In this document: piece by piece, positions 9,534 through 18,876 of the stretch
How positions within the stretch are numbered: the stretch's first letter is position 1
How the letters are laid out: each line of letters starts with the position of its first letter
Origin: a virus
Taxonomy: Duplodnaviria > Caudoviricetes
Virus record (IMG/VR): IMGVR_UViG_3300027833_000011
Direction: 5' to 3' (one strand)
Length of the DNA: 64,000 bases
Notes under the pieces: generated by a model
Told to the model about the DNA's origin: nothing
What the model saw: only the letters and a program-made list of their open reading frames with translations
The model's database searches: none
Made by a program: the position numbers and the translations under genes

Positions 9534-11282
9534 TTAACCCTCTTTGAGAGCCGAAAGTAAGTCTTCCATAACCGAATTACCCATATTATCTTCGTTATCT
9601 CCCATAACCGTGTCTATAACATTTTTCTTTCTTTGTAAAATATCATAGATAATCATTTCTATAGAGTTCTCGAATACGGGATAAAAAACAGAAACGTTTG
9701 ACTGTTGTCCATAACGATATGCTCGGTCCTCGGCTTGTGAATGGTCTGAAGGAACAAATGATAAGTCATTAAAAACAACAACCTCACCCGCAGTTAAGGT
9801 AATCCCTACACCCGCAGCTTTAATGTTTCCAACAAAAACTTGTATTTTGTCGTCTGTTTGGAATAGGTCAACCGACTCTTGTCTTTTAACTTTACTCATT
9901 TTACCGTTTAGGGTTACTGACCGTTTGTTATATTTCCAAGCAATTTCTTCTAATGTCGATGTAAAGTTTGTGAAAACAATCACTTTTTTTCCTTGTTCGA
10001 TTGCGCTATCAATAATTTCATAAGTCGTATTTAACTTTGATTCTGCAATTATTTGTCTCGCCATCATTAGTTTTGATAGTTTAACCGCCAAAGTTTTTTT
10101 AGTGTTGTCATTATTGGCCCACTCGATATACTCACCGATTTCTCTTTCGTATTCTTTAGATTTTAGGTTAAGGTAAATGGGTGTGATAATCTTATATGGT
10201 AAATCTAAGATGTCTTCTTTTAATCGTCTAAGAACTTGTGGTTTTGTCCTATCTCTTAGCTCTTCTAAATTAGACGCTCCGTTAACATTCCACACTTTTC
10301 TATTACCCGCTTGGAATTGGTAACCGTCACAATATCTTTTAACATAACCCGCCCAATTAATAGTAAGTGGTGAGTCTACAATATGTAATAAGTTAAAATA
10401 GTTAATCGGTCTTGAGGTCATTGGTGTACCTGTAAGTAACCAAACACGACCAACCTGTCTAACCATGTGATTTACTAATTGAGTTCGTTTTGCCTGTTTA
10501 TTTTGGATATAATGGGCTTCATCGATTAACACTAAATCAAACCCCTCATCTAAGATTTTAGATTTAAATTCGTCGTCATTCTTTTTTGGTATTTCGTGAA
10601 AATTCTTTAGTATATCATAGTTGATAATAACAAACTTTCCATCGTCCCACTTCTTACCTTCAACTATAGCGACAGGTTCATCAGAGTAATTTTCAATTTC
10701 ACGTTTCCAATTTAATTTAAGAGATGCTGGACAGATAACTAAAACCTTATTAGCCCCACTTTCAACCGCGGCGATAATGGCTGAGGTTGTTTTACCTAAC
10801 CCCATATCATCTGCTAAAATATATTTATCGTTACCTAATAATTTTACGATTGCCTCTTTTTGGTGTTCCATTGGTGGTCTATGATTATATGGTTCCCAAT
10901 CGACCTCAACTTTTCGTTCATTGTACGTGATAATATGAGATTTAGGAATCCACATACACTCTAATACTGCTTTATCTAATATTTTACCATAGATGTGAAA
11001 AGCCTTTTCTGTTTGTGTTAGTAATTTTTCAATGTAGATTTTTTTAATTGGTTGTGGTAATAGTCTTTCTTCCCTTAACTTATCGCCAAAATAAGAATCC
11101 AATTCAACCCACTTCCTCGCCACTTTAGGGGTGCTTTCGTGGTTCTTAATTATGTATTCTGCTTGTGAGCGTGATGGTTTATAACTTTTAGTGAAGAATA
11201 GTTTTTCTTTACACCCAAGAATATAGTTATTTCCACCCTCATATTTTTTTAATATTTCTATTGCTTTTTGTTCTGGAATCAT
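9534..11282 (-). CDS. SNF2-family (SF2) helicase/translocase
   Basis: LADDMGLGKT (Walker A), DEAH, LLTGTP, AAGVGITLTA, QAEDRAYRYGQ (motif VI). Confidence 0.95.
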   Translation of the reverse strand: MIPEQKAIEILKKYEGGNNYILGCKEKLFFTKSYKPSRSQAEYIIKNHESTPKVARKWVELDSYFGDKLREERLLPQPIKKIYIEKLLTQTEKAFHIYGKILDKAVLECMWIPKSHIITYNERKVEVDWEPYNHRPPMEHQKEAIVKLLGNDKYILADDMGLGKTTSAIIAAVESGANKVLVICPASLKLNWKREIENYSDEPVAIVEGKKWDDGKFVIINYDILKNFHEIPKKNDDEFKSKILDEGFDLVLIDEAHYIQNKQAKRTQLVNHMVRQVGRVWLLTGTPMTSRPINYFNLLHIVDSPLTINWAGYVKRYCDGYQFQAGNRKVWNVNGASNLEELRDRTKPQVLRRLKEDILDLPYKIITPIYLNLKSKEYEREIGEYIEWANNDNTKKTLAVKLSKLMMARQIIAESKLNTTYEIIDSAIEQGKKVIVFTNFTSTLEEIAWKYNKRSVTLNGKMSKVKRQESVDLFQTDDKIQVFVGNIKAAGVGITLTAGEVVVFNDLSFVPSDHSQAEDRAYRYGQQSNVSVFYPVFENSIEMIIYDILQRKKNVIDTVMGDNEDNMGNSVMEDLLSALKEG

Positions 11283-11333
11283 AATTGCGCATTATACACA
11301 ATAATAAACATTAAACTAAACTTAATCAATAGA

Positions 11334-11340
11334 TATTTAT
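11334..11340 (+). promoter_or_regulatory. Putative late-gene motif TATTTAT
   Basis: Lies 4 nt upstream of ATG 11345; recurs before most structural genes. Confidence 0.6.
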
Positions 11341-11344
11341 TAGT

Positions 11345-11857
11345 ATGAGTAAAAAGAAACAACCGATTAATAGATTAAACAAGTTTTTTTCGTATGACGA
11401 CTTTGACTTAGATTTATCTATGGGTGAGGAATGGTTACACGGAGACATAAACTTTGATTTAGTTTTATTTAGAGTTGATAGGTCTAAAACTGTTGATGAC
11501 GTATATGGTGAATCGGGTAAAGGAGAGATTAAGTTCTTACCACCGACCGAATTTAAAGGGATGGTTCTTATTGGTGCTCCTGACAACAAAACATATTCAA
11601 ATGGATTGGGTAGGTATTTAGAACCTGGTAATATGACAATATCAGTATATAAACACCATTTAGAAGAGAAGGGTATTGATGTGTCCTATGGGGATTACAT
11701 CGGATTCTATGAGTCAGAGACAAGGGTAAGATATTATGAGGTGGCCAATGACGGTAAAGTGGTTTCAGATAATAAACACACAATCGGGGGATTCAAATCT
11801 TTTTACAGAACATTACTTTGTACACCTGTAAGTGGTGACCAATTTAAAGGAGTATAA
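11345..11857 (+). CDS. Head-closure / neck protein (T4 gp14-like)
   Basis: Size, position directly before the tail terminator and sheath, and a beta-rich sequence (RYYEVANDG). Confidence 0.6.
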   Translation: MSKKKQPINRLNKFFSYDDFDLDLSMGEEWLHGDINFDLVLFRVDRSKTVDDVYGESGKGEIKFLPPTEFKGMVLIGAPDNKTYSNGLGRYLEPGNMTISVYKHHLEEKGIDVSYGDYIGFYESETRVRYYEVANDGKVVSDNKHTIGGFKSFYRTLLCTPVSGDQFKGV

Positions 11858-11858
11858 T

Positions 11859-13130
11859 ATGGGATTACCTAAGAAATATAAAAATGATATAAACGTATAT
11901 TCTAATAAAGAATTATTAGAAAGAAGACGTGAACTTCTTGAAGAGATTACAAATCAAGATACTAACCTTCCTGAGTCTATTTTACACGAAGACTTAGATT
12001 TTGGTATGTTGGAGTTTGTTAAGGACAATTTATTATTTCAAACGGGTGACGGTAATACTATTAATTTTATTGAAAGAATTTTAACAATACAAAGATGGGC
12101 AGAGATGTCGAACACATTTCCATTTACAGACGAAGATGGTAATATCGAGTTACCTTTTGTTGTTGTAATTAGAAAACCAGAAGTTCCTTTTGGAACCAAC
12201 CCATCACTACAATATACAATACCTGATAGACAATCGTTTTTTTATAGGAGAATACCAACGTGGAACGGAAATAGAATTGGAGCCGACATCTATAAGATAC
12301 CACAACCAATCCCTGTTGATATGTCTTTTGATATTGTTGTTGTTTGTAACAGAATGAGAGAGCTTAATAGGTTTAATAAAAAAATAATGCAAAAGTTTTC
12401 ATCGAGACAGTCCTATACTAAAGTTAAAGGTCATTATATACCTTTGGTTTTAGAAGGTATTTCAGACCAATCACAAATAGATTCATTAGAAGGTAGAAGA
12501 TACTACCAACAATCTTACACAATACAATTACAAGGGTTTTTAATTGATGATGAAGAATTTGAAGTAACTCCAGCGATTGACCGAACACTTATAATGACAG
12601 AGTTAATTGCAGATGTTAAGGGACCTTCTTCGGGTGTTATGACAAAAGTGATTAAAAACAATGTTGAAGTTACGACAGAAAAGTTTTTAAGTGATGGTGT
12701 CACAACGACATATAAAACACAAAAGAAAATAAACAATCTGTTCTATGTGGAATTAAATGGTTTAGTGTTGGTTAAACATGTTGATTATTTACACAACGGT
12801 AATAGTTCTAATATTATATTTACTACCCCACCACCATTAGACAGTGTGTTGAGGATTGTTTATACCTTTGATAATACTATGAGTTCTATGGAGGGGAGTG
12901 TTTTAAATCTTAAAAAAGAGACTATTGAATTTGTTGATGGACAGATGACATACCCATTAGAATTTCCAATATACGATATGATACTATTAGATGTTGGTGG
13001 TTTATTACAAATTGAATCTGACTATTATACGTTTAGTAAAGGTCAGTTTAGTATCACGGTCAATGAACTTCCACCTGTGACAACACCTACAACCAAAATG
13101 AGTTTGGTTTATCTAACTTCGGAGTTATAA
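11859..13130 (+). CDS. Tail terminator / sheath stabiliser (T4 gp15-like) with a C-terminal extension
   Basis: KIPQPIPVDMSFDI...KIMQKFSSRQSY...HYIPLVL is typical of gp15-like proteins. Start set at MGLPKK, 1 nt after the upstream stop. Confidence 0.7.
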   Translation: MGLPKKYKNDINVYSNKELLERRRELLEEITNQDTNLPESILHEDLDFGMLEFVKDNLLFQTGDGNTINFIERILTIQRWAEMSNTFPFTDEDGNIELPFVVVIRKPEVPFGTNPSLQYTIPDRQSFFYRRIPTWNGNRIGADIYKIPQPIPVDMSFDIVVVCNRMRELNRFNKKIMQKFSSRQSYTKVKGHYIPLVLEGISDQSQIDSLEGRRYYQQSYTIQLQGFLIDDEEFEVTPAIDRTLIMTELIADVKGPSSGVMTKVIKNNVEVTTEKFLSDGVTTTYKTQKKINNLFYVELNGLVLVKHVDYLHNGNSSNIIFTTPPPLDSVLRIVYTFDNTMSSMEGSVLNLKKETIEFVDGQMTYPLEFPIYDMILLDVGGLLQIESDYYTFSKGQFSITVNELPPVTTPTTKMSLVYLTSEL

Positions 13131-13141
13131 TAATTACGACA

Positions 13142-13303
13142 TTATATTTCGTCTCCGTAGATATCTCTTTTCACTTTACAATTGTCCTCAATTAGTTTTT
13201 CCACGAAGTTAAACATCTTAAGACCCCCTTTATTACAGTGGTCTTTTAGTAGTTTATGGTGGTATTCCGAGATTTTTAAGTTTTTAACCCTTTTGTCGTT
13301 CAT
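13142..13303 (-). CDS. Small ribbon-helix-helix (CopG/Arc-like) DNA-binding protein, 53 aa (below the ORF-track cutoff)
   Basis: MNDKRVKNLKISEYHHKLLKDHCNKGGLKMFNFVEKLIEDNCKVKRDIYGDEI*: alternating beta strand KNLKIS then two helices; own TATTTAT at 13346-13352. Confidence 0.65.
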   Translation of the reverse strand: MNDKRVKNLKISEYHHKLLKDHCNKGGLKMFNFVEKLIEDNCKVKRDIYGDEI

Positions 13304-13321
13304 TATCTGTAGTGTGAAAAA

Positions 13322-13341
13322 AGTATGAATATAATCATACT
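13322..13341. promoter_or_regulatory. Inverted repeat, candidate operator
   Basis: AGTATGA-atataa-TCATACT between the RHH start codon and its upstream motif. Confidence 0.4.
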
Positions 13342-13389
13342 CTTAATAAATATTCGGTTTAATAAAAAGTCTTTTATAAAAATACTGAA

Positions 13390-13396
13390 TATTTAT
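13390..13396 (+). promoter_or_regulatory. Putative late-gene motif TATTTAT (tail sheath)
   Basis: Upstream of ATG 13439. Confidence 0.6.
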
Positions 13397-13438
13397 AGTA
13401 GTAAAGAAATAAATTACAATTAAAAAAATATTCAAATA

Positions 13439-16246
13439 ATGGCAAATTCTAACAGAGTTTTCGTCTCACCAGGAGTATTCACATCAGAAAAAGACTTGAG
13501 TTTTGTTTCTCAAAGCGTTGGTGTATCTACTTTAGGTTTAGTAGGTGAAACAAAAAAAGGTCCCGCATTTGAACCAGTATTGGTTTCGGGTTATAATGGA
13601 TTCAGAACAATGTTCGGTGGTTCTTCACCTGAAAAGATGGGTGAAACATTAAAATACCCACTTCCGTATTATGCAAAATCATACCTATCTCAATCATCAC
13701 AATTATTTGTGACAAGAGTATTGGGTTATTCAGGTTATGATGCAGGTTCGGCACATTCGATAAAAACTATCGCTGGTGTTAATACAACAACAATAGGACA
13801 ATCAAATTCACTTAAAGCGGATTTTGTTATTGAACTTGATAATGGTTCTTTAGATATCGCTGGTTTAGGTCAATTAGAAACAGATTATCTTAATACTTCA
13901 TTTGAATCAAATGCAGGTGTTACTACAAGTTTCTTAGATTTCGTAAACTTAAACCTATCAGAAGATAAGGTAATGGTTATGGGTCCATATTATAATACAT
14001 TCGATTGGAACGCTATTGGTGTTGATGATACGGATAAAGTTGTTTATCCAATGTCAGACTCTAAATGGGCAGACCAAATAGAATTTACAGGAACAAATGA
14101 AAGCGGATTAGCATTTTACGCAAGTAAATTCGACGACGCGGGGGTTATTAAAGTACAGATTGTGGTTATGGAATTAGATGTCGTAAGATTTTCAGAGTTT
14201 CATAATAAGACAATTGCTATATTACGTTCAAGAGCGGAATATACAGGTGACGATTTAAACTTCAATTTAAATAGTAATATTACGATTACTAGTGATGTGG
14301 TAAACGACAATGCTTTAGCTGACTTTGATTTATCATTCACATCTGCGGCAGGAGCACACAGTTTTACATGTAACTTATCACCATCGTCTAAGAAATTTAT
14401 AACTAAAGTGATTGGTGAATCGGCGTTTGATAAAAACCCTGATGATTATCCTGTTTATGTTGATAAGGTTTATGACAATTATTTAAATTGGTTAATCGCA
14501 ACAGGAAAAATTAAAGGATTATATACTGGAACTTTAGATAGTGTAAATGAGGGTGGAGACTTTAAGTCGAAATATACATCATCATATACTCCATATGTTG
14601 TTTCTGAAGTAAGAGGTGGTTTTGTATCTAATTTATTTAGATTCGCAACGATTTCAGACGGAGACGCATCAGCAAGAGAGGTTAAGATTTCTTTTGTAAA
14701 CATTTCAATTGAAAAACAAGAGTTCGATATCATTGTTAGAGATTTCTTCGATACGGATGCAAGTCCAATCGTTTTAGAAAAATTCTCAAGATGTTCTATG
14801 AATCCAGACGTACCAGGTTACGTAGCGAGAAAAGTAGGTACATCTGATGGTGAGTACGAATTAAAATCAAGTTATATTATATTAGAATTATCTGATGACG
14901 CACCGATAGACGCGGTACCATCAGGATTTAGAGGTTACGAGGTTAAAGATTATAACTTCGCTTCATCTTCTAACGCAAGTATTAACTATAAAAACGAATA
15001 CTACACTGCGGGACAGATTATCGGTATAGATAATGATGGTAATGATATTGTAGTAAACTCAGATAAAATAAGAAAAACATATTTAGGTGTTTCTAACACA
15101 GTTGGTTTTGACCCGTCATTCTTTGAATTTTCAGGTGATTACCAAGGTGTAGAATTACTTAAAGGTTTCCACCTTTCATCACAAGCTAACGGAGTTGAGT
15201 TTGTTAAGACTAATGAAAACTTTGAGTTATCAGAAGGAAACTTTGAAAAATTAGTTGGTTGTAAATTTACAATAGCACCTGTAGGTGGTTTTGACGGATT
15301 TGATATCTTTAGAAAAGAAAGAACTAACGGTGACCAATATATAAAAGGTAAATCACCATACTCAAACGCAGGGTTTGACCCTTACGTTGGTAATTCTGAT
15401 TACTACGCGTTCTTAGACGGTATTAGAACATATGCTAACCCTGAAGCGGTAGACATTAACTTATTCTCAACACCAGGTCTTAACTTCTTTGACAATTCAT
15501 CCTTAGTTGGTGAAGCAATCGATATGATTGAAGAAGAAAGAGCGGATTCATTATATGTAATTGATTCACCAAACAGGTCATCAGTAGATGAGATTGTAGG
15601 TGACATTGAGGATATCGGTTTTGATTCTAACTACTCAGCAACATATTGGCCTTGGATTCAGGTAAGAGATACTGAAAATTCAGTACAGGTTTACGTGGCA
15701 CCAACAGGTGAGGTATTAAAGAACATAGCTTTAACGGATAACGTGGCTTACCCATGGTTCGCATCAGCGGGTTACACAAGAGGTATAGTTAACGCAATTA
15801 AAGCGAAAAAGAAATTAACATTAGACGAAAGAGATGAGTTATATGTTAATAGAATTAACCCAATAGCAACATTCTCAGACGTAGGTACGATTATCTTCGG
15901 TAACAAAACATTACAAGTTAGAGAATCGGCATTAGACAGAATCAACGTAAGAAGATTATTACTACAAGCAAGAAAACTTATTTCAAACGTGGCGGTAAGA
16001 TTATTATTCGAACAGAATGATGAAGTTGTAAGAAACGAATTCTTAAGTTTAGTTAACCCAATTTTAGAGAACATAAAAAGAGAAAGAGGTTTAACAGAAT
16101 TTAAAGTTGTATTGTCATCTTCACCAGAAGATATGGATAGAAATCAGTTATCGGGTAAGATATACATTAAACCAACAAGAGCTCTTGAATTCATTGATAT
16201 TGAATTCTTAGTAACACCAACAGGAGCATCTTTTGAAAATATTTAA
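13439..16246 (+). CDS. Contractile tail sheath protein (T4 gp18-like)
   Basis: N-terminal VSPGVFTSEKD...GPAFEP; C-terminal YWPW, WFASAGYTRG, RDELYVNRINPI, LDRINVRRLL, IYIKPTRALEFI. Confidence 0.97.
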   Translation: MANSNRVFVSPGVFTSEKDLSFVSQSVGVSTLGLVGETKKGPAFEPVLVSGYNGFRTMFGGSSPEKMGETLKYPLPYYAKSYLSQSSQLFVTRVLGYSGYDAGSAHSIKTIAGVNTTTIGQSNSLKADFVIELDNGSLDIAGLGQLETDYLNTSFESNAGVTTSFLDFVNLNLSEDKVMVMGPYYNTFDWNAIGVDDTDKVVYPMSDSKWADQIEFTGTNESGLAFYASKFDDAGVIKVQIVVMELDVVRFSEFHNKTIAILRSRAEYTGDDLNFNLNSNITITSDVVNDNALADFDLSFTSAAGAHSFTCNLSPSSKKFITKVIGESAFDKNPDDYPVYVDKVYDNYLNWLIATGKIKGLYTGTLDSVNEGGDFKSKYTSSYTPYVVSEVRGGFVSNLFRFATISDGDASAREVKISFVNISIEKQEFDIIVRDFFDTDASPIVLEKFSRCSMNPDVPGYVARKVGTSDGEYELKSSYIILELSDDAPIDAVPSGFRGYEVKDYNFASSSNASINYKNEYYTAGQIIGIDNDGNDIVVNSDKIRKTYLGVSNTVGFDPSFFEFSGDYQGVELLKGFHLSSQANGVEFVKTNENFELSEGNFEKLVGCKFTIAPVGGFDGFDIFRKERTNGDQYIKGKSPYSNAGFDPYVGNSDYYAFLDGIRTYANPEAVDINLFSTPGLNFFDNSSLVGEAIDMIEEERADSLYVIDSPNRSSVDEIVGDIEDIGFDSNYSATYWPWIQVRDTENSVQVYVAPTGEVLKNIALTDNVAYPWFASAGYTRGIVNAIKAKKKLTLDERDELYVNRINPIATFSDVGTIIFGNKTLQVRESALDRINVRRLLLQARKLISNVAVRLLFEQNDEVVRNEFLSLVNPILENIKRERGLTEFKVVLSSSPEDMDRNQLSGKIYIKPTRALEFIDIEFLVTPTGASFENI

Positions 16247-16256
16247 AAAATTATAG

Positions 16257-16278
16257 AGGGGAGGGTTTCCTCCCCTTT
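16257..16278 (+). terminator. Intrinsic terminator after the sheath gene
   Basis: AGGGGAGG-gttt-CCTCCCCT followed by a short T run. Confidence 0.65.
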
Positions 16279-16291
16279 GTATGTATAATAT

Positions 16292-17143
16292 ATGAAACAA
16301 ACATTAATAGAATCAGAAATTAAAAGACTTATGGAAATCATGAGTGTTGAGGTGTCTGAAGGTTTTAACGAAGAGGGTTTACCTGATTTTAAGTATTACG
16401 CATTTGATTGGGATGATAACCTAATGTATATGCCAACTGAAATTATGGTGAAAAGTTTTGGAGACCAAGAAATAGGTATGGGTACTGCAGATTTTGCTGA
16501 GTACAGAGGACAGATAGGAAAAGAAGACTTTGACTATAAAGGTCATACTATTGTTGGTTTTGCTGAAAATCCTTTTAGAAATTTCGGCGTAGATGGAAAT
16601 GAACAATTTGTTAAAGATGCTATGATTGCTAAAACAGGTCCTTCATGGAATGATTTTATAGAATGTATTAACGGAGGTTCAATATTTTCTATTATCACGG
16701 CAAGAGGACATAACCCTGAGACATTAAGAGAGGGTGTAGAGGCTATTGTTAAAGACGGTAAGGGTGGTTTATCATTCGAATCGTGTGTAGAGTCACTTAA
16801 GAAATATAAAGGTGTTATAGACGGGGATGGTGAAGAATTATTTCAAGAATATTTAGACTTATGTAGATTTCATCCTGTTTCACACGGAGCTGGTAGTGCT
16901 GCTAACCCTGAAGAAGAAAAAATTAAAGCATTAGAACAATTTATTAAACATGTTAATTCTTTATCTGAAGAATTGGCGGTTACGATGGAGTTAGAAAATG
17001 ACATCAAAAATAATTTTGTCCCGATGATTGGATTTTCTGATGATGATAAGGCTAATGTCGACAACGTAAAAAAATACTTAGACGACAAAGGAGAAGAAAA
17101 TGTCAACGTGTATTACACTAAGACTGATAAAACAAAAATGTAG
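16292..17143 (+). CDS. HAD-superfamily hydrolase (phosphatase-like)
   Basis: Motif I FDWDDN (DxD), motif II IITARG, motif IV GFSDDD. Confidence 0.7.
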   Translation: MKQTLIESEIKRLMEIMSVEVSEGFNEEGLPDFKYYAFDWDDNLMYMPTEIMVKSFGDQEIGMGTADFAEYRGQIGKEDFDYKGHTIVGFAENPFRNFGVDGNEQFVKDAMIAKTGPSWNDFIECINGGSIFSIITARGHNPETLREGVEAIVKDGKGGLSFESCVESLKKYKGVIDGDGEELFQEYLDLCRFHPVSHGAGSAANPEEEKIKALEQFIKHVNSLSEELAVTMELENDIKNNFVPMIGFSDDDKANVDNVKKYLDDKGEENVNVYYTKTDKTKM

Positions 17144-17293
17144 ATACTAGAACTAGTATACTAGTAATATTTAAGTTATTATATTTTATATATTTTATTT
17201 CTTAAGTGTTTTTAAGTGAGGTATACTGGAACCTAGTTTAAACAAAATAATTAAAAGTGTCAACTAATATCGAAAGATTTTTAAATTACTTGA

Positions 17294-17300
17294 TATTTAT
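17294..17300 (+). promoter_or_regulatory. Putative late-gene motif TATTTAT (tail tube)
   Basis: Upstream of ATG 17335. Confidence 0.6.
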
Positions 17301-17334
17301 AGATAAATAAGAAACAAATTAAAAAAAATACAAA

Positions 17335-17823
17335 ATGGCTGATTTATTAATGAAAATGCCTGTTCCTTACGAACCAAAGAAAAAGAATAGGTTTATTTTA
17401 AGATTCCCTTCAAGTTTAGGGATAAATGAGTGGTATGTAAGTACAACATCTAGACCTTCAGCGAACATAGGTTCAGTTGAAATACCATTCCTAAACACCT
17501 CAACATTTGTTGCAGGTAGGTTTAATTGGAACACTATTAATGTAACGTTTAAAGACCCGATTGGTCCTTCAGCGGCACAAGCATTAATGGAATGGTTTAG
17601 ATTACACGCAGAATCTGTTACAGGTAGAATGGGTTATGCTGCGGGATATAAGAAAGATATCGAATTAGATATGTTAGACCCAACAGGTGTTGTGGTAGAA
17701 AAATGGATTATACAAGGAGCCTTTTTAACTGACTTAAACTTTAATGACTTATCTTACTCTGATGAAGGTTTAGCTGATATCTCAGTAACGTTAAGACCAG
17801 ATAGATGTATATTAGTATACTAA
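17335..17823 (+). CDS. Tail tube protein (T4 gp19-like)
   Basis: 162 aa, downstream of the sheath; YEPKKKNRF...YAAGYKKDI...VVEKWIIQGAF fits the gp19 family. Confidence 0.9.
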   Translation: MADLLMKMPVPYEPKKKNRFILRFPSSLGINEWYVSTTSRPSANIGSVEIPFLNTSTFVAGRFNWNTINVTFKDPIGPSAAQALMEWFRLHAESVTGRMGYAAGYKKDIELDMLDPTGVVVEKWIIQGAFLTDLNFNDLSYSDEGLADISVTLRPDRCILVY

Positions 17824-17850
17824 AACTATAACGGCCATATAAAATTAAAG

Positions 17851-17875
17851 AAACTCACATCATGTGGGTTTTTTT
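17851..17875 (+). terminator. Intrinsic terminator after the tail tube gene
   Basis: AACTCACAT-c-ATGTGGGTT followed by a T tract. Confidence 0.75.
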
Positions 17876-17926
17876 ATGCTTTACAATGTGATTATATGGT
17901 GTATTGTTAAAATAAAAGTGTTTAAT

Positions 17927-18676
17927 ATGGACGAACAGAATTATAAAATGGAAGTAGCCTTCGATGTAATACCGTTACCGACTAACGGGGTATTCTACAA
18001 AAATAAGAAAGACACACTTAAAGTTTCTTTTCTTACTGCATCGGATGAAAACATTTTAACCTCACAAAACTTAATCCAACAAGGTTTGGTTATTGATGAG
18101 TTACTTAAGGTTAAAATCTTAGATGACGATATTACCGTAGATGAATTACACGATTCAGACAAAGAAGCCGTTTTATTGTTTTTAAGAAATACCGCATATG
18201 GTTCTATGATTAAACTATCTGTAATTGACCCTGATACCGGTTCTTCGGTTGAGGTTGATTATGACCTACAAAATATTAAGTATAAAAAATTTACTCTAAC
18301 ATCTGATAGTGAAGGGTTATTTGATTATACACTACCAACATCTAAAAAAGTCGTTAAATTTAAGTTCTTATCACCAAATGATGAGAGAGAATTAGAAAAA
18401 ATTAGTGAGGTTTATAAAGATATGTTAATAAAACCAACAATTACTAAAAGGTTAGAAAAGATGATTATTTCAGTTGATGGTGAAAAAGACCCAATGAAAA
18501 TATCACACTTCATTAGTACAATACCTATTAGAGATTCTCAGAGTTTTAGGAAGTATGTCACTGACAACACACCAGGTTTAGACAAAGGGGTAGAGATAAC
18601 TTTACCTTCGGAAAAAAAAATACAAACATTCTTTAACCTTGACACAGAATTTTTTCGTCCATTCTACGGACTATAA
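17927..18676 (+). CDS. Tail assembly chaperone / baseplate hub assembly protein (gp26-like)
   Basis: IPLPTNGVFY...FLTASDENILTS...LLFLRNTAYG; located between tube and tape measure. Start set at MDEQNY. Confidence 0.75.
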   Translation: MDEQNYKMEVAFDVIPLPTNGVFYKNKKDTLKVSFLTASDENILTSQNLIQQGLVIDELLKVKILDDDITVDELHDSDKEAVLLFLRNTAYGSMIKLSVIDPDTGSSVEVDYDLQNIKYKKFTLTSDSEGLFDYTLPTSKKVVKFKFLSPNDERELEKISEVYKDMLIKPTITKRLEKMIISVDGEKDPMKISHFISTIPIRDSQSFRKYVTDNTPGLDKGVEITLPSEKKIQTFFNLDTEFFRPFYGL

Positions 18677-18842
18677 AACATCTGTTTTAGAAGAAATCTA
18701 TTATTTAGGAAAACATTTGAATTTCACGTATAGTGATGTTATGATTATGCCTGTCTACGAAAGAAAGTTTTTTGTTAATATGTTAGTTGAGGAATTTGAA
18801 AAAAAGAAACAAGACTACGAGAACGAAAAGGCTAAAAGGTAA
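18639..18842 (+). CDS. Second chaperone ORF (lambda gpT / T4 gp51-like), probably expressed by frameshift
   Basis: Overlaps the chaperone 3' end in the +1 frame; only a TTG or late internal ATG start; contains FTYSDVMIMPVYERKFF. Confidence 0.6.
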   Translation: MTQNFFVHSTDYKTSVLEEIYYLGKHLNFTYSDVMIMPVYERKFFVNMLVEEFEKKKQDYENEKAKR

Positions 18843-18876
18843 TCTACATTATACCCACAAAAAAAAGGTTAACAGG

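Noticed and set aside
18611-18620. GAAAAAAAAA as the -1 slippery site of the tail chaperone
   Set aside because: The -1 frame hits TAA at 18634 and cannot reach the downstream ORF, which is in the +1 frame.
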